DNA from: an uncultured virus (IMG/VR IMGVR_UViG_3300036770_004343)
Lineage: Duplodnaviria > Heunggongvirae > Uroviricota > Caudoviricetes
DNA length: 64,000 nt
Direction: 5' to 3' (one strand)
Virus record (IMG/VR): IMGVR_UViG_3300036770_004343
Location: 1-64,000 of that record
The notes beneath the pieces were generated by a model that ran no database searches, was not told where the DNA came from, and saw nothing but the letters and a program-made list of their open reading frames with translations. Every line of letters begins with the position of its first letter. The first letter of the stretch is position 1. The translations under genes were made by a program, and so were the position numbers. Positions 15,153 through 25,210 of this stretch are shown here, piece by piece.

Positions 15153-15740
15153 TTACATTTTTAAAAATTTTTCCAGTTCCCAGATCTTATAAGATATCCA
15201 ATATGACACTGTGTGAATTTTGTTACAAACAATCTTTATTGCTTTGTTATAAGGTTTACCAAACAATATGTAAAATTTTGTTTTTTCAAAGTTTCGTCTC
15301 TTTGTCCAGTACTCAATATCCTTACGATGTTGTTCTTTACGTTCACTATTATCAGTAGCGGTAAATTCTATCACTTTAGCTCCAGTAACTTTACCATCTA
15401 CAAATATAACATCATATTCAATCCAATAATCATATGTTTCATTAGTATCACTATCATACGCATACAGTCTGACTGTATCTGTTATAGGGAAAATTTGTTG
15501 CCACCAAGTTTTGATTTCTTTACGAGTTGGTAATTTTTCAATTAAACTTTTAGCATTTGGATTACCGTCTGTATATTCATACTCAGCACAATGTAACCAA
15601 AGAGTACCGTCTTCACGGATTTCATATACGTCCATTGCATTATCAAAGTCTTTGGTTTGATACTTGTTGTTACAATAACCCTTCGGATCTTCTGGTAAAG
15701 GAAGTGGGTATTTACATACTACATCATCAAACATTCCCAT
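15153..15740 (-). CDS. Conserved hypothetical phage protein
   Basis: MGMFD...YQTKD...F.DG pattern. Confidence 0.65.
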   Translation of the reverse strand: MGMFDDVVCKYPLPLPEDPKGYCNNKYQTKDFDNAMDVYEIREDGTLWLHCAEYEYTDGNPNAKSLIEKLPTRKEIKTWWQQIFPITDTVRLYAYDSDTNETYDYWIEYDVIFVDGKVTGAKVIEFTATDNSERKEQHRKDIEYWTKRRNFEKTKFYILFGKPYNKAIKIVCNKIHTVSYWISYKIWELEKFLKM

Positions 15741-15743
15741 AAA

Positions 15744-15977
15744 TTAATTTCCTCTATTTTTGTATTCTTCTATGTCGAGTAAGAAATTGCGAAATGCGGC
15801 GTGATCATCAAGGTCCGCTTGAGACAACTTCGATAGATTATAATCAGCAATATACTCCAAAAGTACACCAACATAATAGCCTGGAATGGTAATATTCTTA
15901 CCATCAAACTTTAGGTCATCGTGTTGAATAATGATCGGATTGTTCACTTTGTCTTTAATAGTTAGTTCTTTTTCCAT
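15744..15977 (-). CDS. Hypothetical protein
   Basis: 77 aa directly downstream of a promoter. Confidence 0.6.
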   Translation of the reverse strand: MEKELTIKDKVNNPIIIQHDDLKFDGKNITIPGYYVGVLLEYIADYNLSKLSQADLDDHAAFRNFLLDIEEYKNRGN

Positions 15978-15983
15978 ACTTGT

Positions 15984-16012
15984 ATCCTAGTTTAACTATC
16001 AAACTGTGTCAA
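15984..16012 (-). promoter_or_regulatory. sigma70-type promoter
   Basis: TTGACA-N17-TAGGAT. Confidence 0.6.
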
Positions 16013-16053
16013 TATAAAAAATTATTTCTGAATATAAAAAATACGTATATTTG

Positions 16054-16896
16054 ATGAAAGGAATTATTCTAGCTGGAGGTACTGGTAGCAGATTATATCC
16101 GTTGACTAGTACAATAAATAAACAGTTGTTGCCTGTTTACGACAAGCCAATGATTTATTATCCATTCTGCACATTATTGTCTTGTGGTATAAAAGACTTT
16201 TGCATTATTTCTTCCCCAGAGTATTTACCTTCTTATGAAAAATTGTTTGGGGATGGAAGTCAACTGGGTATTAAAATTACTTATAAAGTACAGTACAAAC
16301 CCAGAGGTATAGCAGAAAGTTTTATTATAGCTGAAGAATTTATAAGTAATGATTCAGTTGCGCTTATACTAGGTGATAATATATTTCACGGAATGCCTAG
16401 AGTCAAGCCCATACTTCACGGAGCTGTTATATTTGGTTATGAAGTTAGTGATCCAAGATCATATGGAGTTATTGAGTTTGATAGTGATAACAACGTAATA
16501 AGCATAGAAGAAAAACCCACTGAACCAAAAAGCAATTATGCGGTACCTGGCTTATATTTTTATGATAAGAACGTGGTTGAATATGCTAAAACACTTAAAC
16601 CATCTGCAAGAGGTGAAATTGAAATAACTGATTTGAACTTAATATATCTTGACAACAAGCAGTTGACCGCTGTAAAATTTGCTAAAGGCACAGCGTGGTT
16701 AGATGCTGGAAGTGCTGAATCATTATTTGAAAGTAGTGCTTATGTTCAAGCTATTCAATCAAGACAAGGAATTAAAATTGGTTGTATTGAAGAAGAGTGC
16801 TTCAAGCGCAAATATATAAGCAAAGAGCAGCTTAAAGCGCTTATGGAAAAATTACCCAACAGCGAATATAAAAAATATTTAAATAAATTATTATGA
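16054..16896 (+). CDS. rmlA: Glucose-1-phosphate thymidylyltransferase
   Basis: GIILAGGTGSRLYP, KQLLPVYDKPMIYYP, LGDN, EEKP, RGEIEITD, WLDAG. Confidence 0.95.
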   Translation: MKGIILAGGTGSRLYPLTSTINKQLLPVYDKPMIYYPFCTLLSCGIKDFCIISSPEYLPSYEKLFGDGSQLGIKITYKVQYKPRGIAESFIIAEEFISNDSVALILGDNIFHGMPRVKPILHGAVIFGYEVSDPRSYGVIEFDSDNNVISIEEKPTEPKSNYAVPGLYFYDKNVVEYAKTLKPSARGEIEITDLNLIYLDNKQLTAVKFAKGTAWLDAGSAESLFESSAYVQAIQSRQGIKIGCIEEECFKRKYISKEQLKALMEKLPNSEYKKYLNKLL

Positions 16897-17759
16897 TTAT
16901 ACTATTTGGATCAAGCGGTTATATTGGAAGTGAATTTAAAAAGCAATTAGCTGAATTAAAGCTACCTGTTTTTCTTTGGCCAAATGCAAGAAATACAACA
17001 TTTGCTGACTTGGAAAAATGGTATGAAGACACAGGATACCCTATTATAGGCGCTGTAATAAATGCAGCTGGGTACACTGGCAAACCAAATGTTGATGCTT
17101 GTGAATTAAATAAAGAAGCTACCGTACACGGTAATATTGTGTGGCCACAAATACTAACTGATTGGTGTATGTTGAATGATATACCTTTGGCGCATGTTTC
17201 CAGTGGATGTATATATGAAGGTAGACGAGCTGATGGTGCTCCTTTTACTGAAGAAGATGTGCCAAACTTTAGTTTTGCGCATAATAATTGTAGTTTTTAT
17301 AGTGGCACCAAAGTAATAGGTGAACAAGTAGTGAAGAAGTGGGAAAAACATTACATTTGGAGACTTAGAATACCATTTGAAGAATTTGATAATTCAAGAA
17401 ACTACATAAGCAAAATCTTAAAATACGATAAGCTTTTGGATGCGGAAAATAGTGTAAGTAATAAACAAGAGTTTGTAAGTGCTTGTATTCAAACCATAAC
17501 CAAAAACGTACCTTATGGCACATACAATATTACCAATAGTGGTTTTATCACAACCAAACAAATCACTGAAAAGTTTAAGCAAACAATTGCAAAAGATAAA
17601 GTCTTTAATTTTGTTGAAGAATGTGAATTTTATAAAAATATTGTTAAAACTCCCCGTTCAAATTGCGTAATGAGCAATGAAAAGTTGTTGTCAACCGGCA
17701 TCAAAATGAGAACTGCAGATGAAGCTTTTGACTATTGTTTAAATAATTGGACACTATGA
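16893..17759 (+). CDS. RmlD-fold, UER1/NRS-ER-type 4-keto-6-deoxyglucose epimerase/reductase
   Basis: NAAGYTGKPNVDACE, SSGCIY, YSGTK, RLRIP, PRSNC. Confidence 0.75.
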   Translation: MIILFGSSGYIGSEFKKQLAELKLPVFLWPNARNTTFADLEKWYEDTGYPIIGAVINAAGYTGKPNVDACELNKEATVHGNIVWPQILTDWCMLNDIPLAHVSSGCIYEGRRADGAPFTEEDVPNFSFAHNNCSFYSGTKVIGEQVVKKWEKHYIWRLRIPFEEFDNSRNYISKILKYDKLLDAENSVSNKQEFVSACIQTITKNVPYGTYNITNSGFITTKQITEKFKQTIAKDKVFNFVEECEFYKNIVKTPRSNCVMSNEKLLSTGIKMRTADEAFDYCLNNWTL

Positions 17760-18712
17760 ATATACTAGTAACAGGAGGAAGTGGGTTTATAGGCAGCCAC
17801 TTCATTGAAGAAGTCATTAAACGTGAGGATGTAGAGAAGGTATACAATATTGATTGTAATACTTACGCTTCGAATAAAAACCTTCCATTTCAAAACAGTA
17901 CTAGATATCAAAAATTAACTTTAGACATTTCAACTCCAAACTTTTCTGACTCAAAGAAATATATTGACTCATTGAATTTAGATTATGTAATTCACTTTGC
18001 AGCTGAGTCACACGTGGATAATTCTATCAAATCCCCCAAAAGATTTATAGAAACAAATATTGGTGGAACTTTCAATTTGTTGGAGATATTCAAAGATACA
18101 AATATCAAAAAGTTTATTCATATTTCTACAGATGAAGTATTTGGTAGTTTAAGTTACAAGGAAAGAGAATTTAATACAGACAGTCCATATCGTCCAAATA
18201 GTCCGTATGCAGCGAGTAAAGCAGCTAGTGATTTATTGGTAAGAAGTTATGTTAAGACTTATAATTTTCCAGCTATAATTACAAATTGCAGCAACAATTT
18301 TGGACCAAGACAGTTTGCAGAAAAGCTTATTCCGGTTTGTATTGACAAATTGAAAAAGAAAGAAACGATTCCACTATACGGAAATGGGTTGAATATAAGA
18401 GATTGGATTTATGTAAAAGACCACGTTAATGCGATTATATGCGTTATGCAAGATGGTATTGTTGGAAAACAGTATTTGATAGGGGGTAACAACGAAATAT
18501 CTAATATACAACTAATACATTCGATTGTGAGTGTATACGAAACCATCACTAAACAAAAAGTTGACTGGGAATGGTTTGAATATGTAACTGACCGTAAAGG
18601 ACACGATTTTAGATATGCGGTAGATACCAAAGACTTTGAAATGGAGTTTCCTCAATTTAACACAACAGATTTTGACAAAGCTATTTTAGAAACGGTGAAA
18701 TCATATTTATAA
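17756..18712 (+). CDS. rmlB: dTDP-glucose 4,6-dehydratase
   Basis: TGGSGFIG, HFAAESHVD, STDEVFG, YAASK, NCSNNFGP, DRKGHDFRY. Confidence 0.95.
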   Translation: MNILVTGGSGFIGSHFIEEVIKREDVEKVYNIDCNTYASNKNLPFQNSTRYQKLTLDISTPNFSDSKKYIDSLNLDYVIHFAAESHVDNSIKSPKRFIETNIGGTFNLLEIFKDTNIKKFIHISTDEVFGSLSYKEREFNTDSPYRPNSPYAASKAASDLLVRSYVKTYNFPAIITNCSNNFGPRQFAEKLIPVCIDKLKKKETIPLYGNGLNIRDWIYVKDHVNAIICVMQDGIVGKQYLIGGNNEISNIQLIHSIVSVYETITKQKVDWEWFEYVTDRKGHDFRYAVDTKDFEMEFPQFNTTDFDKAILETVKSYL

Positions 18713-18715
18713 TAT

Positions 18716-19102
18716 GTGCCCATTAGAATTTATTCTAAAGAAGCCAAAGACTTAACTCTATTTGAAGAAAAGAGTTGTGCTAAACTAATTTCCTCTGGTT
18801 CCATATACTCGTTATATGTTGAGTGTTGTTCGCCTGATAAAAAAGTACCAAACAGAGTCTTTATGGCCAAAGAAAATGGCAAGATTATAGGGTGGTCAAT
18901 AATACGATTAAAGAAAAAGATAGGTGTTAACGGATACTTTGAGTTTATGGTTTATATCAAACGACTATACAGACGTAGAGGTATAGCAACAAAAATGTAT
19001 AAACGATCCAGAAAATTCTTTAATTTGGAAGACGATGATATAAAGGTATACAAAACTGATACTGCTAATATAAGATTCTTTGACTCGGTTATGGAGTCAT
19101 AG
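18716..19102 (+). CDS. GNAT family acetyltransferase
   Basis: YRRRGIAT motif A. Confidence 0.7.
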   Translation: MPIRIYSKEAKDLTLFEEKSCAKLISSGSIYSLYVECCSPDKKVPNRVFMAKENGKIIGWSIIRLKKKIGVNGYFEFMVYIKRLYRRRGIATKMYKRSRKFFNLEDDDIKVYKTDTANIRFFDSVMES

Positions 19103-19465
19103 ATTCTTGTTATAGATAGCTAATTTTGGATTTGCATATCCAAATTTTTTAACCAATTGACCAGCTACACTATTAGCTTCATCTTCAATTTCACCACCAA
19201 TGTCTTGAGTTGGTTCTTCTAACTTACCAAGTTGATTTTGGTGATGGTGTATTAGTTCGTGTGCAATACTACGAAGAACGTCGGCTAATCCTCTATCTTT
19301 ACAATAAACCTTTACAAGACCGTTTTGAGGATTGTAATAAGCATATGTTTTTAAATCATCGTCTCGTTGTTTTACCAGAGATACCTTAAACGGAGTATTA
19401 ATGTTTAGTTCATCATTGATGAATTTAATAAACTTAACGATAGCATATTTGCTTAATTTATCCAT
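19097..19465 (-). CDS. Zincin-like metallopeptidase domain protein
   Basis: LRSIAHELIHHHQ...EDEAN. Confidence 0.7.
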   Translation of the reverse strand: MDKLSKYAIVKFIKFINDELNINTPFKVSLVKQRDDDLKTYAYYNPQNGLVKVYCKDRGLADVLRSIAHELIHHHQNQLGKLEEPTQDIGGEIEDEANSVAGQLVKKFGYANPKLAIYNKNL

Positions 19466-19466
19466 A

Positions 19467-19919
19467 TTAGAGTCCTGCTTCTTTGTAAGACATCTTTACT
19501 CTGCCAGCATCAATCAAACGTTTGCGGTTTTGTAAATGAAGATTCTTCACGTTTTCTTTATTTTCCCCAAGATATTTCACAGCATAACCTTCCTCAACCA
19601 ACAAATTGTTTAAAACTTCTTTGGTTTCTGGGTTGATTATTTCACCTAAAATTCTACCAAACTTTTCAACATCATCGCTCTTATGTGTACGGACTATCAC
19701 GTGTTTCTTACTATTTTCAATAAATTCTTTAACATAATCTTTGCTAATCAAACCAAATACCTTTTCGGTTTTATCACTGGTACGGCTTTCTGGGGTATCA
19801 ACTCCCAACAATCTTACACTTTGATTAGATAGAACCACATTAAATCCCAAGTCAATATCAACAACAATTGTGTCTCCATCTACAACTTGAGTGACCTTTG
19901 CGTGATATTCGTATGGCAT
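19467..19919 (-). CDS. Thermonuclease (SNase-like)
   Basis: VVDGDT, RLLGVDTPE, KFGRILG, LVEEGYA. Confidence 0.88.
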   Translation of the reverse strand: MPYEYHAKVTQVVDGDTIVVDIDLGFNVVLSNQSVRLLGVDTPESRTSDKTEKVFGLISKDYVKEFIENSKKHVIVRTHKSDDVEKFGRILGEIINPETKEVLNNLLVEEGYAVKYLGENKENVKNLHLQNRKRLIDAGRVKMSYKEAGL

Positions 19920-19920
19920 A

Positions 19921-20280
19921 TTATGATAGTGTTAACAAATATTTTAGCTTATTTAGTTGAGCCAACATTTCATCCCGTATGTTAAATAAATCTGTATCCG
20001 ATTCTTCCAAAGATTTTGGCAATTCATTTACCAAATAATCAATGTATTTGTCACAAAAATCGGTTGGGGGCATATCTTTGTAATTGGATAATTCAATCTT
20101 AAAACCTTCTCGACTTTCTATCCTACCGTATTTACCCATAAAAACTTCGACAAATTCGTCTACTAGATCAGAAAATTCATCATAAGCTCCACCTAAAGCT
20201 TGATGTTCAGCATAACTTTTTGTTTGCCAATGATGGATTTTAAGTTGGTTGTGTAAAGTTAATAAGTTTGTGACTATCAT
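19921..20280 (-). CDS. Ferritin/Dps-like four-helix protein (start likely ATG 20280)
   Basis: HHWQT-SYAEH-AL...D.FVE...KYLLTL. Confidence 0.8.
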   Translation of the reverse strand: MIVTNLLTLHNQLKIHHWQTKSYAEHQALGGAYDEFSDLVDEFVEVFMGKYGRIESREGFKIELSNYKDMPPTDFCDKYIDYLVNELPKSLEESDTDLFNIRDEMLAQLNKLKYLLTLS

Positions 20281-20348
20281 AATAGATATAAATATCATAT
20301 TTAGAATAAAATAACTAAAACAAAACGTAAATCTATTATTTATACACA

Positions 20349-20684
20349 ATGAAATCAGTTATATATTTTGTTTTTAAAATCAATGAAGAAAATTACATAG
20401 ACGACATACAGAGTCAGATAAATCACGATGTTAAACAATACATAATAACTGACATCATCAACCCTTCAAAATCGATTTATAACAAAGTTGACAATATTTT
20501 TTACTTTAAAGATAAAATTTCGTGTTTGAACGGCACAATGCATTTATTGAATTACCTTGAAACTTTCAATTGTACGGAAACATTGTTATTGAATACAAAC
20601 AAACAATATGATTTGAGTCAGTTAACCTACAAAAACATATCAAATGTGAAAGAAGAGTTCGCCGTTGTAAATAACATTCTGTGA
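20349..20684 (+). CDS. Hypothetical protein
   Basis: 111 aa; TTATTTAT motif 5 nt upstream. Confidence 0.5.
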   Translation: MKSVIYFVFKINEENYIDDIQSQINHDVKQYIITDIINPSKSIYNKVDNIFYFKDKISCLNGTMHLLNYLETFNCTETLLLNTNKQYDLSQLTYKNISNVKEEFAVVNNIL

Positions 20685-21659
20685 TCCATCGAATGTTTTA
20701 ACTAATTTATCATTTACTACAATTTTGGTATTGCCTATCAAAGACGGATCTATATAAGAATAATACCAACATCCAGGATGTATAGTAGTATCTTCGTGTA
20801 GTACATTTCCAACGTATATTTTTAAACGTACCGGATCAGGTAACAAACAACTAGAATAGTAAAACACTGGTTTGTTGTTTATAATGTCGTAGATAAAATT
20901 GCATCTAGAATCATCAATCAAATTTCTATATGAGTATACTTGATTGATTGATGAATATTTAAATATGTCGTTTAAATTGGTGTGTTCTTCAAAAACAACG
21001 AAATTATCAGGTTTGTATGTATCAACTAACTTAGTAAAAACTGTTTCAAAAAAGTGACCGTATATATCTATGTTGTTATTTTTGTACTCAAATTCATTGT
21101 AAGCAAAGTTTTTTGCAATTGAAAACATACTGTTTACTTTTGCAAAATGAAAATATGTACAGTACACTTGTTCGTTGCTAGTGGATTGTTTTTTAAAACA
21201 AAAAGTTATCAAATCATATTCTGTTAGTTTATCAAAATATTTTCTGATATGACAAAGATCGTGGTTATGAATAAAATGATCGTCTTCTATGTAAAAATAG
21301 TTATCATACCCAAGACATTTAGCATAACTAATTAAAGAACGTTGATTACGAAGTAAAGATGGAAAATGGGTGTCGTGGTAAAACATTACTTTGTGATGGG
21401 TATTAAAATCATACATAAAATACCCACCACTAGAAATTTTGTAATAGTCAAAATAAAACTTTTTGTCACACTTATGAGTTGTGTAATCGTAAATTATATG
21501 TTTGGATTTTTCTATAACATACTCAGGCAACAAGTCTGTAGTAGATAAAGTTATGATATCGTATCCCAAGTTCAATAACTGCTTGAAGTTTTTCAAACAC
21601 ATTTTGGACCGATTAACTGAATTGGGACTGGTTAGAAATAATATAACATTTTTAGACAT
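20640..21659 (-). CDS. Hypothetical protein, possibly GT-A fold
   Basis: FYIEDD DxD-like motif. Confidence 0.55.
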   Translation of the reverse strand: MSKNVILFLTSPNSVNRSKMCLKNFKQLLNLGYDIITLSTTDLLPEYVIEKSKHIIYDYTTHKCDKKFYFDYYKISSGGYFMYDFNTHHKVMFYHDTHFPSLLRNQRSLISYAKCLGYDNYFYIEDDHFIHNHDLCHIRKYFDKLTEYDLITFCFKKQSTSNEQVYCTYFHFAKVNSMFSIAKNFAYNEFEYKNNNIDIYGHFFETVFTKLVDTYKPDNFVVFEEHTNLNDIFKYSSINQVYSYRNLIDDSRCNFIYDIINNKPVFYYSSCLLPDPVRLKIYVGNVLHEDTTIHPGCWYYSYIDPSLIGNTKIVVNDKLVKTFDGSQNVIYNGELFFHI

Positions 21660-21662
21660 AAC

Positions 21663-21860
21663 TTATGTGACCACTTCAACCTTACACTTGGTCTTATTAA
21701 AAAATCCTTCGTCAATCAAATACTTAACAGTTAAATCACAACGATTTTTAAAATCATAAAAAGCGATCTCAGATGGTTTCCAGATACGAATAGTATTGGT
21801 ATCTTTTATTTCAAATTTTATACCATTAACATATCCGCTTTTTTTAATACTACTGAACAT
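21663..21860 (-). CDS. Hypothetical protein
   Basis: 65 aa, YLIDEGF; ATATTTAT upstream. Confidence 0.6.
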   Translation of the reverse strand: MFSSIKKSGYVNGIKFEIKDTNTIRIWKPSEIAFYDFKNRCDLTVKYLIDEGFFNKTKCKVEVVT

Positions 21861-21960
21861 TAATAATAAATATCTCGGTATAATTGAACGACATTAAAAT
21901 ATAGATTGTATACAAATATAAAAATTTTGATAGCAAAAACATTGCTGGATAAACTATATA

Positions 21961-22449
21961 TTGAGAATGAAAGTAGAGTTACAAAGTTATTTAAAGAAAA
22001 AATTTCCACAATTGTATCCAGTTGATTTTTCATTTGAATGTGGAACAGGTTGGTTCAGAATTATTTTGTGGCTTAGTCGATATCTGGAAATGTATGTTAT
22101 GCAACAAAATGAATGTGCGCAAAAACATCCACAGCAATATCAACCTGTAAAACCAATAGTAGCTCGTCAAGTAAAACAAAAGTTTGGAACATTACGGTTC
22201 TACTATGAGGGAGGAGATGAACACACAACCTCTATTATTAGTTTTGTAGAATTTATATCTGGATACATTTGTGAATCCACCGGTGATTTGGAAGATGTAG
22301 GATACAACCACAAAGGAGTTATACAAACAACACATACATCTCTGAAAAGAGATATAACAGACTTCAACTTCGTTGACGACGAAGAGTTACGTAACATAAT
22401 AAAAAAATTAAAATATGAGCAAAATTATCAAAAAACTAATGATCAGTAA
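21961..22449 (+). CDS. Conserved hypothetical phage protein
   Basis: ECGTGW...QVKQKFGTLRFY...ICESTG. Confidence 0.7.
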   Translation: MRMKVELQSYLKKKFPQLYPVDFSFECGTGWFRIILWLSRYLEMYVMQQNECAQKHPQQYQPVKPIVARQVKQKFGTLRFYYEGGDEHTTSIISFVEFISGYICESTGDLEDVGYNHKGVIQTTHTSLKRDITDFNFVDDEELRNIIKKLKYEQNYQKTNDQ

Positions 22450-23023
22450 CGAAGACGTTGACGACCACTCAGACGAAAAACAAAAAATTGTCTCTGTAAT
22501 AAACAATAACGAACTATATTTCTACGAAGGAATAAATCCAAGCTCAATTCTTTTGATAAATAAAAACATTGGTGATCTATCTCGTCATATGTTAATAACC
22601 CAGATCACATTTGATTTACCTGAACCGCCACATATCAAACTTCATATAAACAGCGATGGCGGTGAAGTATTTAGTGCTTTATCATTAGTAGACAGAATAC
22701 GTTCTTCCAAAGTTCCAATTCATTCATACTCAGAAGGATTAGTTGCGTCAGCTGCTACACTAATAAGTGTTAGTTGTCAAAAACGATATATACGTAGAAA
22801 TACTATTTTTCTTATTCATCAAGTACGTAGTTGGTTTGAAGGTACATACGAAGACCTAAAAGACGAAAAGCAAAATATGGATTTGATAATGAAAATTGTT
22901 AAAGACATATACCTAAAGCACACAAAGTTCAAAGAAGAAGAACTTGATGAATTGCTAAAACGAGACATTTACTTAAACGCTGATGACGCTATTAGATATG
23001 GACTTGCAGACGAAATCATCTAG
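22415..23023 (+). CDS. ClpP-like protease
   Basis: INSDGG, VASAA (Ser), LIHQ (His), RD-YLNA-DA--YGLAD. Confidence 0.85.
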   Translation: MSKIIKKLMISNEDVDDHSDEKQKIVSVINNNELYFYEGINPSSILLINKNIGDLSRHMLITQITFDLPEPPHIKLHINSDGGEVFSALSLVDRIRSSKVPIHSYSEGLVASAATLISVSCQKRYIRRNTIFLIHQVRSWFEGTYEDLKDEKQNMDLIMKIVKDIYLKHTKFKEEELDELLKRDIYLNADDAIRYGLADEII

Positions 23024-23342
23024 AAACAAAGAAGGATACGTGTATATTATTAGCAATAGTAACTTCCCAGGTTATTATAAGGTGGGTGTTACTAATGATA
23101 TAAAATCACGATTACGTACATATCAGACATCATCTCCACTGCGTAACTATAAAATTGAATACTATATATATCACCCAGATTGTTATGGGGCGGAGAAACA
23201 AATATCTGAAAAACTCAAGTACTTTGCTACCGAAATCAAGAATGAATGGTTCAAATGTGACCTTGAACTTGTCAAGGGAAGAGTAGAAGAAAGTCTTGAG
23301 CCCGAAGAAAATGTCTTGACTTTTATAAAAAGAGGTGTATAG
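22983..23342 (+). CDS. GIY-YIG / T5orf172-domain protein
   Basis: GYVYII...YKVG-T...RL--YQTSSP...EWF. Confidence 0.8.
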   Translation: MTLLDMDLQTKSSRNKEGYVYIISNSNFPGYYKVGVTNDIKSRLRTYQTSSPLRNYKIEYYIYHPDCYGAEKQISEKLKYFATEIKNEWFKCDLELVKGRVEESLEPEENVLTFIKRGV

Positions 23343-23343
23343 T
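23316..23343 (+). promoter_or_regulatory. sigma70-type promoter
   Basis: TTGACT-N16-TATAGT. Confidence 0.55.
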
Positions 23344-23355
23344 TATAGTATAGTT

Positions 23356-24000
23356 ATGAATACAATAGCTAATAAATTGATCTGTTTGAATCTAAATTCT
23401 AACTGGCAGCCAATTGGTTTCAAAACCGTAAAAGATGCAATTATTGATCTTTGTGGAGCTGAAGTCGATGGCAAGCCTTCTAGTTTGGCTTTGGACATTG
23501 ATTACGAAATGAACGAAAACGGAGAACCAAATCTTTCGGTTCCAACCACTATGAATCCTGTGAGTTGGACCGAATGGTTGAAACTTCCTATTCGTCCTTG
23601 GGATCTTGTGATCAATTCAGCACATATGTCCGTACGTGTGCCAACTGTAATCATTGCTGTTAACTTTAATAAGATGCCTGTAAAGTCATTTAAAGGCAAA
23701 CCCAGCAAAGATGCGATCTATAACCGTGATAATGGTATTTGTCAATACACCGGCAAAAAGATTGATCGCAACAGTGCTACCGTTGATCACATTCTACCTC
23801 GTAGCAAGGGTGGAGAAGATAGTTGGACCAATCTGGTATTGTGTTCACGTGATGTCAACTCCAAGAAAGGCAACAAATTGAATAGTGAAGTTGGACTAAA
23901 GCTAATCAAACAGCCAAGTATTCCACAACCAGTACCAGTGTCAGCTTTGATAAAAGAAGCAAAACACAGAGACTGGGAACACTTTTTGATGGGAGTTTAA
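23356..24000 (+). CDS. HNH endonuclease (McrA-like)
   Basis: RDNGICQY, TVDHILPRSKGG, WTNLV, N-KK. Confidence 0.88.
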   Translation: MNTIANKLICLNLNSNWQPIGFKTVKDAIIDLCGAEVDGKPSSLALDIDYEMNENGEPNLSVPTTMNPVSWTEWLKLPIRPWDLVINSAHMSVRVPTVIIAVNFNKMPVKSFKGKPSKDAIYNRDNGICQYTGKKIDRNSATVDHILPRSKGGEDSWTNLVLCSRDVNSKKGNKLNSEVGLKLIKQPSIPQPVPVSALIKEAKHRDWEHFLMGV

Positions 24001-24071
24001 ATAATTTTTCAATATTTTTAAAACACACGAATATATAATCTTAATCGATTATATATTTTTTTTGCGTAGTT

Positions 24072-24248
24072 ATGAAAAAAACCAAAAGCGTCACCATCAA
24101 CATCAACGGAAATGAGGTAACATTAGAAGAAACCCAAATCAAATTCTATTTGTCAGAAACAAAGAAAAAGAAGGTATATAAGAACAAGATAGAAAAGTTT
24201 TTCACTAACTTAGGTGATATTTTTAATAAAAATAACAATTTAAGTTGA
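24072..24248 (+). CDS. Small hypothetical protein (58 aa)
   Basis: Own translation MKKTKSVTININGNEVTLEE... Confidence 0.55.
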   Translation: MKKTKSVTININGNEVTLEETQIKFYLSETKKKKVYKNKIEKFFTNLGDIFNKNNNLS

Positions 24249-24260
24249 TATTTATTGTAC

Positions 24261-24848
24261 GTGGATCAATATAACAAATTTCTATTAGAAGCTTATCGGG
24301 GGGGACTACGTGCTTGGTTTGGCAAAGGACCAGTAGGCAGTTCATCTGGTGGGGGGTGGGATCGTTATGACAGCACTGGTAAAAAGGCTGGTAAATGTGG
24401 TGATGCTAAAAAAGGATCCAGTTATAGTGCTTGTTTAGGAAAAAAATATGCTGCCAGACTAAGAGCTAAAGGTGGTAAAAAAGCAATTGCTAATTGGGTC
24501 AAACGTAAAAAATCAGCACAAAGATCTGCTGGTAGAGGAGAAAAAGGCAGTGGTGGCAAAGGACAATCTCCTGTAAGAGTAAGTTATAAAGAATCATTGA
24601 GTGAAATATTTGTTATTGCTCAAAAAGAAGGTTTAAAGCAAGATCTGATAAATTTTTTACGTCAAGAATTTCAAAGTGGACGTTTAAAGCCAATTCACGG
24701 GGGTGTAAGTACAACCGAATTTAAACCAGATGATTGGTTAGAAGATATTGCGGAGCACACAATTAATCATTTGATCAGTTATTTTGAAACAATAAGAAGT
24801 CAAACAGAACGTAATATTTACTCATCTGTACCTATGGTATCCAAATGA
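24261..24848 (+). CDS. Basic Gly/Lys-rich modular protein, probable capsid cargo (start likely GTG 24261)
   Basis: LLE then GLRAWF...GGW...KCG...CL; ATATTTAT 5 nt upstream of the GTG. Confidence 0.65.
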   Translation: MDQYNKFLLEAYRGGLRAWFGKGPVGSSSGGGWDRYDSTGKKAGKCGDAKKGSSYSACLGKKYAARLRAKGGKKAIANWVKRKKSAQRSAGRGEKGSGGKGQSPVRVSYKESLSEIFVIAQKEGLKQDLINFLRQEFQSGRLKPIHGGVSTTEFKPDDWLEDIAEHTINHLISYFETIRSQTERNIYSSVPMVSK

Positions 24849-24907
24849 GATTATAATATTAAAAAGATATTGAACGTTACATAGTTATATAGTACTATAA
24901 GAAATAT

Positions 24908-25207
24908 ATGAGTTACTATATCAAAGATACAACAAAAAACAAAGTGGTCACATTTACTGACCCAAACGAAGTAGTCAGTTATTTAGAAAACCTATGTCGG
25001 GTTAAACTTCGTAAAACACGTAAAGAACTAATGTTTGAAATGGAATCATTAGGTCACGGTCACGATGACCCACAAGGTGTAAACTTTACAACAATGATGG
25101 GAGAATATTTTGAAGTTGGTGCTTTAAAGAAAGATGGAAGAATGGTACGTACCAACATTCATGAATTAGCAAGAAATTTGAAATATCGTAAAGAAATGGG
25201 TGATTGA
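24908..25207 (+). CDS. Hypothetical protein
   Basis: 99 aa after TTGAAC-N17-TACTAT. Confidence 0.65.
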   Translation: MSYYIKDTTKNKVVTFTDPNEVVSYLENLCRVKLRKTRKELMFEMESLGHGHDDPQGVNFTTMMGEYFEVGALKKDGRMVRTNIHELARNLKYRKEMGD

Positions 25208-25210
25208 TTT

